From: Dehalococcoidia bacterium
GTDB taxonomy: Bacteria; Chloroflexota; Dehalococcoidia; Lucifugimonadales; JAGWBF01
Reading direction: 5' to 3'
NCBI GenBank assembly: GCA_965248905.1
Contig: CBDFKS010000004.1
Span: 14,759-78,758 of the forward strand
DNA: 64,000 bases
This document shows positions 25,842 to 33,449 of the stretch, one piece after another. Positions within the stretch are counted from its first letter, which is position 1. Every line of letters starts with the position of its first letter. The notes under the pieces are model-generated. The model had not been told where the DNA came from. It saw only the letters and a program-made list of their open reading frames with translations, and did not search any database. The translations under genes and the position numbers were made by a program.

Positions 25842-27610
25842 TGGACATAGTAAACGAGACTAGGATTGACGCTTTCTATATCAATCGCGGCTCACCACGA
25901 GATTTGGTGAATCTCGTGAATTTCCTCGACGTCTATCATATCGATATCCCTGTCCTGATGGGAGACCAGTTTCGATGTCACAGTGTGATTGGCTACGTTC
26001 CTGTGATGCCTGGAGAGACGGTCTCTACATCAATTAGCGTACACAACTATTTTGGCAGGAATTACAGAATCAGTGATGCAATGCTGTATCAGGGGTATCT
26101 ATATCAGGGTAAAAACCTGATAGATTGCCATCAATTCCTTATGAAACCGGAGGAAACAAAGGTCATTGAGCTCCAAAAAGAACTGCACATGGAAAACGTA
26201 GGATCCGGTGTATATTACATGGAGATATTCCATCCCCAGCTCCCAACATCGAACAGTGAGTGCAGATATTATGGACTTTACCGTGATGAATCTTCGGACT
26301 CTATGGCAGGAATCCATTCTCTTCCATTGAAGGGTTGGTATAACTTCGGAAAGGAAGGCCGTACCCTTTCCAGAACGTTCTTTCCAAACCTAGACGACAT
26401 CTCAGTCAGGTATGTAATTCCGGGCTGGTCTCTGCAAGAGGAAAGGTTTGAGGTCAAGGCCCAAACCACCCTGGGCAATGAATTGCTGTTTACAGCTTCC
26501 AAGGGAAGGAGTTCTATCCAGGCGGTAGTTCCACGCCCGGATTCCCTGAAACCCCGTTCAGGACTCGAGTTCGACCGAATTGCACCAGGAATACCGATTT
26601 GGGGGGGACAGGGGTTTCAGACCTTGTGGATGGAGGGGAAAAGCCTTGCGGTTTGGCACGACGGGGCTTCGGTTAGGGATTTTCGAAAAAGGCGTAAGAC
26701 GGCCACTGTCAATGAAAAGGCCGCAAGGGTGAGCGCTGATAAAAACCAGAAGATGGCCGGTGTCTTGTATGAGGAACAACAGGAGTCGAGAGAAATCTCT
26801 GGGAACTTGATGGACCTTTTCAAAAGTAGGGTAAAATATTTTGGGACTTCGTTTCCTTTCCTGGGTCATTCGTACCCAGACCTACACCTTGTGATCGATC
26901 GCGAGCAGTGGGCCGGCAATATCCTGAACTTCAACATAGGTCTTTACACAAACAGTGGGACTCTTATAGATACTCAGCCCTGTCGCTTTAATGGATCAAT
27001 CCAAACTGTCAACCTCAATGTTCTCTTTGCCGAACAGCTTCAGGAAATCAGCCAAGGCTACTTCATGGTTACCGCCGACCCCCGTGACCAGGGTGATGAA
27101 CAGGAACCTGGCGACTTGCAATATCCAAGTGATTCTATGCTCTTCGCATTTTGGAGTGATGGGGTAAGAGTGTACGACTCGGTACACTCCCTAGACTCCT
27201 GGAATCTGGTCGCATTCGACCTGGGCGACTCTCCACGAGGGAAGTCGGAGATGGCTAAGGCGACAAAGAGAATAGTTTCCCGCACTAAAAAATTTGCACC
27301 CTTTGTGGCTAGCGATAAACAGAGATCATGGTACTGGATTTGTAATGCAGGTATGTCGGAGGAACAGATAGACACCGATGTCAAATTTAGGCTTTACGGC
27401 CCTGATGGTTTGGAGGAAATAGTTTCCTTTAACTTGCCTTCCAACTGCGCCCGAATCGTGTCAGCACATGAAATTTTGAGAGAATGCAACGCCACTTGTC
27501 CCTGGGGTACTCTCTGGGTAGAATCAAACGATTGCAATCTAGGCGCATTGTGGTTTATGGACACAGGTGATGGTAAGGGCTTTGCTACTGACCATTTCAC
27601 CGGAGGATAA
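25841..27610 (+). CDS. Orphan protein (589 aa), no family recognised; possible internal duplication
   Basis: It is a long open frame in an AT-richer segment (40-45% GC in sampled lines). There is no SD before ATG 25841. The halves are weakly similar (GVYYMEIFHP...GIHSLPLKGW versus QGYFMVTADP...SVHSLDSWN). Confidence 0.6.
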   Translation: MDIVNETRIDAFYINRGSPRDLVNLVNFLDVYHIDIPVLMGDQFRCHSVIGYVPVMPGETVSTSISVHNYFGRNYRISDAMLYQGYLYQGKNLIDCHQFLMKPEETKVIELQKELHMENVGSGVYYMEIFHPQLPTSNSECRYYGLYRDESSDSMAGIHSLPLKGWYNFGKEGRTLSRTFFPNLDDISVRYVIPGWSLQEERFEVKAQTTLGNELLFTASKGRSSIQAVVPRPDSLKPRSGLEFDRIAPGIPIWGGQGFQTLWMEGKSLAVWHDGASVRDFRKRRKTATVNEKAARVSADKNQKMAGVLYEEQQESREISGNLMDLFKSRVKYFGTSFPFLGHSYPDLHLVIDREQWAGNILNFNIGLYTNSGTLIDTQPCRFNGSIQTVNLNVLFAEQLQEISQGYFMVTADPRDQGDEQEPGDLQYPSDSMLFAFWSDGVRVYDSVHSLDSWNLVAFDLGDSPRGKSEMAKATKRIVSRTKKFAPFVASDKQRSWYWICNAGMSEEQIDTDVKFRLYGPDGLEEIVSFNLPSNCARIVSAHEILRECNATCPWGTLWVESNDCNLGALWFMDTGDGKGFATDHFTGG

Positions 27611-27660
27611 ACGAATCTTTGTAGTTAAAACGGAACTTCCCACAAACACCAGGCAACTAA

Positions 27661-28746
27661 ATGACTGATTCCTTGGCGCCCTTCCTTTTTGCTGCTGTTC
27701 ATAAGGGGCCATACCTATCGATAGAACCTCTGGAGGCCGAGCTGGGAACAGACAGAATACGATACCTGGTCGAAGGCGTATCTAAGAACGAACGATCGCA
27801 AAAAGGTTTGCCGTACGTAGATATGGAGGTAGTGGAAAGTTGGTGGGGAAGTCTTGAAAGGTTCTTGATCGATACAGGAGTAAAGGCGGTTATCCGAAGC
27901 TCATCAGAGGATGTGGCGGAGCGAAACGTCGAGGAGCTATCCTCGATAGCCGCCGGAAAAGCCGACATACCCGTGTTCGTAATCGAGGACTTTCCCGGCA
28001 ACTACTGGCCGAAGCCAGATGAGCGAATCGATGGCCTCTTCGTGGAGGATGACTCCATGAATGAGCTGTACCGGTCCCGCGGAGTCGATTCCCAAATCAT
28101 TTACGCCTCTGGGAATCTCCGATACAATGCGCTGGTCGGACTCGACCGAATGAGTCGAAGAGCAGAGACCAGAAAATCGCTCGGTTTGAGCGATGAACCA
28201 ACGGTACTATGGGCAGGACAGCCCGACGGCGACAACTCCTATCGAGCTCTTGACCGACTACTACAACATTTCGATGGGACAGGGACTTCCTTGCTTTTCC
28301 GGGCCCATCCAAGGGATGAGGCTTATAATGCCGGGGCATACAGCGAGTTGCAGGCCAACACATCAATGAAGGTGGTAGACACATCCTCGTACCCGAATGT
28401 GCTTGACCTATACTGCGCGTCCGACTTGGTTGTTACCCAGTTTTCTTCCGCAGGAGTGGAAGCGAGCTACCTTGGAGTTCCAGCGCTTTTCGTCCTCTTC
28501 AAAGACCTGGGCAAAGAGTACCTGAGGACCTCTAAAGGCTACGACAGTTTGCCCTGGTGCAGCAACGGTTGTGCTTTTCTAATCGAGTCAGAAATGGATA
28601 TAAAGAGCGTAATGGAGCAGGCTCTGTTAGACGCCGATGCCAGGGACCAAGTACGCTCCAACTTCCAGCGACGTTTCGTGGCTAGAGCAGACGGCGCTCG
28701 CATCATCGCGGACCGGATCCGGGAGGCAATAGGTGGAGACGCTTAA
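27661..28746 (+). CDS. Uncharacterised GT-B-like protein with an HP motif (candidate CMP-ulosonate transferase)
   Basis: SLLFRAHPRDEAYN is followed about 30 aa later by ASDLVVTQFSSAGVEASYLGVPALF. No other family was recognised. Confidence 0.6.
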   Translation: MTDSLAPFLFAAVHKGPYLSIEPLEAELGTDRIRYLVEGVSKNERSQKGLPYVDMEVVESWWGSLERFLIDTGVKAVIRSSSEDVAERNVEELSSIAAGKADIPVFVIEDFPGNYWPKPDERIDGLFVEDDSMNELYRSRGVDSQIIYASGNLRYNALVGLDRMSRRAETRKSLGLSDEPTVLWAGQPDGDNSYRALDRLLQHFDGTGTSLLFRAHPRDEAYNAGAYSELQANTSMKVVDTSSYPNVLDLYCASDLVVTQFSSAGVEASYLGVPALFVLFKDLGKEYLRTSKGYDSLPWCSNGCAFLIESEMDIKSVMEQALLDADARDQVRSNFQRRFVARADGARIIADRIREAIGGDA

Positions 28747-28838
28747 AAAGGCGGGGCCTGCACCTTACAGGATGCGGCCAAAGCAGGTGTATAATCACGA
28801 TAGAGATTGGGCCACAAGGAGACGAGGGAGAGTTATCT

Positions 28839-29999
28839 ATGGCTGATCTACAACTGAAGGTGAAGAAGAGCTATGACCAGGAGTCTTTGCTCAATGACAA
28901 GAGCATGAACTGGAAAGGGTTCGACAGGGATGCTCTGATGGCCAAGATCCGAGAGGAGCAGCAAGAGGGGCCAATCACCCGTCTCCGACATCCAGAGGTC
29001 CGATACGAGACCACGGACCATTGCAACGCCGAATGCATCATGTGTCCTAGAGATGTGCACAAGTTCGGCCGACCCCACGGCATCATGAACTTGGAGAAGT
29101 ATAAAAGGAGCATCGACGAGGTGGTGGAGCTCGGATGCAAGCAAGTCGTGCTCACAGGCTTCGGAGAGCCCCTGATAGACAAGAAGCTGGAACAGAAGGT
29201 CGCGTACGCTAGGGATAAGGGCCTTCGGACGTACATCATCAGCAACGCTTCTCTCCTTACACGAAAACGGGCCGAAGGCTTAATTCAGGCTGGACTGGAT
29301 GAGTTGAGACTCAGCTATTATGGCATGAGAAAAGAAAGCTACGAAGCGGTGATGGTAGGCCTTAATTTCGAAGTAACTATGTCAAATCTGCTGGGCTTTC
29401 TGGAGCTTCGTGATGAGCTAGGCTCCAAGAAGCCTCGGCTGGAGATCAACTGGCTGGTGCTGCCGGAGAACGAAGAGGATACGGACCACTTCAGGGAGTT
29501 CTGGGAGCCCAGGGCCGACGCCATCGAAATCTGGAAGCCTCATAACTTCGGCGATGGACGCGACTATCGCCAGCGCTATGAAGAAGTGGCTATGAAGACC
29601 ACCTGCGGCCGCCCCGAGAATGGTCCTCTACAGATCCAGTGGGATGGCGAGGTGATCCCTTGCTGCTACGACTATAACAATCAGATAGTGCTGGGAAACG
29701 CGTTTGAGCAGCCCGTGCTCGAAGTCCTAAATGGGGAGAAATACCGTCTGCTACGCTTCGCCCACCGGGACAAGAAGTTCAATCTCTTTCCATATTGTGA
29801 CCAATGTGACCAGCTCCTACCCCATGCCGACGCTCTGGTCTACACCAACCGCCACAACCTGCCCAAAGAGGTGGCGGTCAAGATGTCCAACACCGATCTG
29901 TACAATCTGGTGGACGACGAGTCATTCGATCCCAAGAACTTCAATGAGAAGTACGCAGATGGACTCGTTGAAGTCGAGTACAAGCAGGCAGGTCAATAG
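28839..29999 (+). CDS. Radical SAM enzyme with a SPASM/twitch-like C-terminal Cys cluster
   Basis: The CX3CX2C motif is in TTDHCNAECIMCPRD, followed by GFGEPL. C-terminal cysteines are TTCGRP, VIPCCYDYN and PYCDQCDQ. Confidence 0.88.
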   Translation: MADLQLKVKKSYDQESLLNDKSMNWKGFDRDALMAKIREEQQEGPITRLRHPEVRYETTDHCNAECIMCPRDVHKFGRPHGIMNLEKYKRSIDEVVELGCKQVVLTGFGEPLIDKKLEQKVAYARDKGLRTYIISNASLLTRKRAEGLIQAGLDELRLSYYGMRKESYEAVMVGLNFEVTMSNLLGFLELRDELGSKKPRLEINWLVLPENEEDTDHFREFWEPRADAIEIWKPHNFGDGRDYRQRYEEVAMKTTCGRPENGPLQIQWDGEVIPCCYDYNNQIVLGNAFEQPVLEVLNGEKYRLLRFAHRDKKFNLFPYCDQCDQLLPHADALVYTNRHNLPKEVAVKMSNTDLYNLVDDESFDPKNFNEKYADGLVEVEYKQAGQ

Positions 30000-30005
30000 T
30001 CCAGT

Positions 30006-30848
30006 ATGGCATCCCCTCCTTCTAGAGGAGCGAAAAACGATCTGTACGAAGCGTGGATGCAACGGGAGCATTCTACCCAGTTCAGCGGTTGGGACAGATA
30101 CTCGACTGCAAAGCTCATCAGATTTTGCGACCAGTTCAACGAGTGCCAGCTATTCCGTGAGATAGCAAGGAACCCCACATCTCGGACTCTTTCCGATATC
30201 GGTTGCGCCACAGGGCGATTCTACAGATATTTCCGCAAAGTATGGCCCTCACTGGAATACAAAGGCTTCGATATCTCCCCGGTTGCCATCGACCATGCGA
30301 AAAGTTTGTACCACCAGGCTGATTTCAGGGTATTCGACGGCAACCTAAAGTCCGACCCTCAAATTAAGTCGGACCTGATCTTCTGCAGAGATGTGGTTTT
30401 ACACCAACCCGATCCCCATGAATTTCTTTCTGATCTCTACAATGTTACAGGTAGCCACGCCATTCTCCGTCTCAGAACGAGGGAGATGGGTGCAACGGTA
30501 TTCGACGTGTCCCAGTCCTGCCAGTATTCGACCTCGGGACGTTGGGTCCCCTACATCGTGTTCAACACCACCGAGTTGGTCGATTTAATTCGCTCTTTCA
30601 GACCGTCCCCAGCCAGGATCGTTCTAAGAAGGCATCCCGTAGTGCTTGGGGGCTACAACAGACGCTATCTGCCCAAAGAGCTCTACTATCCTGAGACGGG
30701 CACCGCTGAGACGGCGCTCCTGATCGAGAAGGGGAGCGACGACAGCGACAAAGAACCTTCTGTGACCATAGAGACCTGTCCGGAGACGCGGCAACAGCCA
30801 CGGTGGACCAGGTTGGTGAAACATATTGGGCGTCGGTGGGGCCTGTGA
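30006..30848 (+). CDS. Class I SAM-dependent methyltransferase
   Basis: Motif I is TLSDIGCATGRFYRYF, with a post-I acidic residue in KGFDIS. Confidence 0.75.
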   Translation: MASPPSRGAKNDLYEAWMQREHSTQFSGWDRYSTAKLIRFCDQFNECQLFREIARNPTSRTLSDIGCATGRFYRYFRKVWPSLEYKGFDISPVAIDHAKSLYHQADFRVFDGNLKSDPQIKSDLIFCRDVVLHQPDPHEFLSDLYNVTGSHAILRLRTREMGATVFDVSQSCQYSTSGRWVPYIVFNTTELVDLIRSFRPSPARIVLRRHPVVLGGYNRRYLPKELYYPETGTAETALLIEKGSDDSDKEPSVTIETCPETRQQPRWTRLVKHIGRRWGL

Positions 30849-30868
30849 CTGAACCGGGGACAAGGCCG

Positions 30869-31684
30869 ATGGACATCTTCGGTGACATGGAATCCTCCAA
30901 GAAATCTTCTTTCTCTCACAGGGTCTACTCGAGACTTCGCTACCGATGGCCGTTTTCGTGGGTTTGGTTCCTTCTGTACCTGGTTACAGGCAAAGTTAGG
31001 CGAGTACCTGTGAACTCCCTGACCAACCTGGGCGCCTTCTCATATTCACAGAGTGGTTGGCATCCCTTCACCGCTGCTCTGAAGCAATTGGATAGTGACC
31101 CTGATATTTGTCCCAGGGACAGCATATTAACGCAGTTTTACGACCGTTTTAACCGGAATACTCAAGATGGTTATTTGCCGGCCCATTCAGAAGATGGTTG
31201 GCAATCAACCAAAACCTGCTACCTGCCCCCATGGCACGGGGGGAAGAACGTCAATTTTGACGATACCTTTGAACATTGGACGGGGCCGAAATCGGAAGAA
31301 GCCGTAGCATTCCTGTTCAATCGTCTCAAAGCCGTGTACCACAGGCTAAGATCAGAAGGATATCGCCCTCTGTCCTATCCTGATGGATTTATCCGTGTGT
31401 GTGTTCTCGAAAGGTCCAAGGGGGACCGCAGATGCCTTGTGGTGGGTGGGCAAAATCGCGCGGCAATAATCAGTCACTTGAGACATGATGAAACGTGGGT
31501 GCGGATTCAGCAACCCAGTGCAGTCTACCCAGGCAATATGCCCAGCATGATCAAACTTAGCGAAACAGACAGGTGGGAACGAGTCGTACAGGGAGAGTTT
31601 ACCACCGAGAACGCTTCCAGATTCTTCGATGCCTACTTTAAGTACGACGGGAAGGCCCAGGCCATCGCATTGGGGCTACTGTAG
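30869..31684 (+). CDS. Hypothetical protein (possible ParB/Srx-like fold)
   Basis: The open frame has cluster-typical codon usage. CLVVGGQNRAAIISHL loosely resembles the ParB-like DGxHR motif. The start is set to ATG 30869, after the preceding stop. Confidence 0.5.
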   Translation: MDIFGDMESSKKSSFSHRVYSRLRYRWPFSWVWFLLYLVTGKVRRVPVNSLTNLGAFSYSQSGWHPFTAALKQLDSDPDICPRDSILTQFYDRFNRNTQDGYLPAHSEDGWQSTKTCYLPPWHGGKNVNFDDTFEHWTGPKSEEAVAFLFNRLKAVYHRLRSEGYRPLSYPDGFIRVCVLERSKGDRRCLVVGGQNRAAIISHLRHDETWVRIQQPSAVYPGNMPSMIKLSETDRWERVVQGEFTTENASRFFDAYFKYDGKAQAIALGLL

Positions 31685-31707
31685 CTCCGTACCGAATGCC
31701 AGGTTAG

Positions 31708-32484
31708 ATGATCACCCTAGCACGTAAATACACATCAGCCAAACGTAGGGCCTATGGCGCGTTGTCGAGAATTGCCTTCGGCATCTACAGCAAGGCCCAC
31801 GAGCTTGAACTCCGCAACTCCCATCTTTATTTGCCCTGTTACTATTTCGAGAGCGCCAGCACCCTCAGGTCCGGGTCTACGGTGGATAAGTATGGACAGA
31901 TACGGGAGACCCTTCGACAAACGTTGGGGGAAGAGCCCGAGTCAAGTGTGTTGGATTTGGGCTGTAATGAAGGCTATTTCGCCCTAAGACTGGCGTCCGA
32001 GGGGTACTGGGTCACCGGCATCGACGCAGATGCGGGCTATCTTCGAGTAGCAAAGTTCCTTCAGCAGAGGTACCTGGTAAACAGAGCCTCCTTCTATCAG
32101 CTAACGGCCAACAAGGAAGACCTTCTGAGCTTACCCACATTCGACGTAGTGATTTTCATGTCCGTATTCCAGAAATGGTGCTCTCAATACGAGTTCGGAG
32201 AAGCGTTCGATATGTTAAGGGTACTCTGGCAGAAAACAAATCGGATCATGTTTTTCGAGATGCCGGACTCACTTGAAAGTGAGGAGTTCTTCAAGGACTC
32301 CATGCCAAGCATGGGGGAAACCAAGGAGGAGTGCCGGGAGTATATCAAAAATATGCTGGAATCAATCGGCTCCTGCTCGGTAACCTGGATTGCCGACAAC
32401 CCCATGGACTATAGGCCGGAACAACGAAGCCTCTTTGCCGTCACTAGGATCTTTGAGGATCAAAAGGATGGCAACTCACCATGA
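31708..32484 (+). CDS. Class I SAM-dependent methyltransferase
   Basis: Motif I is SVLDLGCNEGYFALRLA, with an acidic residue in VTGIDAD. Confidence 0.78.
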   Translation: MITLARKYTSAKRRAYGALSRIAFGIYSKAHELELRNSHLYLPCYYFESASTLRSGSTVDKYGQIRETLRQTLGEEPESSVLDLGCNEGYFALRLASEGYWVTGIDADAGYLRVAKFLQQRYLVNRASFYQLTANKEDLLSLPTFDVVIFMSVFQKWCSQYEFGEAFDMLRVLWQKTNRIMFFEMPDSLESEEFFKDSMPSMGETKEECREYIKNMLESIGSCSVTWIADNPMDYRPEQRSLFAVTRIFEDQKDGNSP

Positions 32485-33449
32485 GCATTCTGGAAGAGCT
32501 AGACAGGGTGTTCAAGCTTGAGATAGACACACTCATGAAGCTTAGAGACAGCCTTGACGGTTCCTATACGAAGGCGACGGAGTTGCTTTTCCAGTGTTCG
32601 GGTAAAGTCGTGGTCACAGGCATGGGGAAATCGGGCCTCATCGCTCAGAAGATCTCCGCCACCATGGTGTCCACAGGAACACCTGCGGTGTTTCTTCATC
32701 CCAGCGACGGTCTGCACGGCGACGTGGGCATCATTCGAGAAGGAGACGTCGTGCTGGCCATCAGCAAATCCGGAGAAACAGAAGAGCTGCTTGGCATACT
32801 GCTATATATCAAAAAAGTCGGGATACCGGTGATCTCTATCACCGCAGACCCAGAGTCCACGCTGGCAAAAAGCTCCGACGTCGTGTTGTTCACACAGGTG
32901 AACGAAGAGGCCTGCCCTCTGAATCTGGCTCCCACGTCCAGCACCACCGCCGCACTGGTGCTGGGGGATGCCTTGGCCATGGCTCTGATGAAGATGCGGG
33001 GCTTCGAGCCAGAGCAGTTCGCCATTCTCCACCCCGGCGGCCAGTTGGGGAAAAGGCTTCTGCTCACTGTAGAGGATATCATGCGGGGCGGCGAGAGAAA
33101 CCCCGTGGTCAATATCAAGGACACCGTAAGCAACATGCTTTCAGAGATCACAAGCAATTTGAGCGGAGCAGTCTCAGTAGTGGACGATGAGGGCAAGCTC
33201 CTTGGGCTGGTGACCGACTACGACATTCGCAAGATTCTGGAGCAAGGCAAGAATATCTATACACTGAGCATTCCAGAAATCATGAACACAAATCCCACCT
33301 ATATCTGCTCGGACGAGAAGGCTGCTGTGGCCTTAGACCTCATGGAAAACCGGGAAAAGCCCTTTCTGGTGTTGCCGGTATTGGAAAGGACCAGCAGAAA
33401 AGCGGTGGGCATTATACATCTCCACGATCTGATAGCCAAAGGTCTATGA
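32481..33449 (+). CDS. kpsF: Arabinose-5-phosphate isomerase (SIS + tandem CBS), KpsF/KdsD type
   Basis: The SIS block is VVVTGMGKSGLIAQKISATMVSTGTPAVFLHPSDGLHGDVG. A C-terminal CBS pair is present (VSVVDDEGKLLGLVTDYDI, GIIHLHDL). Confidence 0.92.
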   Translation: MSILEELDRVFKLEIDTLMKLRDSLDGSYTKATELLFQCSGKVVVTGMGKSGLIAQKISATMVSTGTPAVFLHPSDGLHGDVGIIREGDVVLAISKSGETEELLGILLYIKKVGIPVISITADPESTLAKSSDVVLFTQVNEEACPLNLAPTSSTTAALVLGDALAMALMKMRGFEPEQFAILHPGGQLGKRLLLTVEDIMRGGERNPVVNIKDTVSNMLSEITSNLSGAVSVVDDEGKLLGLVTDYDIRKILEQGKNIYTLSIPEIMNTNPTYICSDEKAAVALDLMENREKPFLVLPVLERTSRKAVGIIHLHDLIAKGL

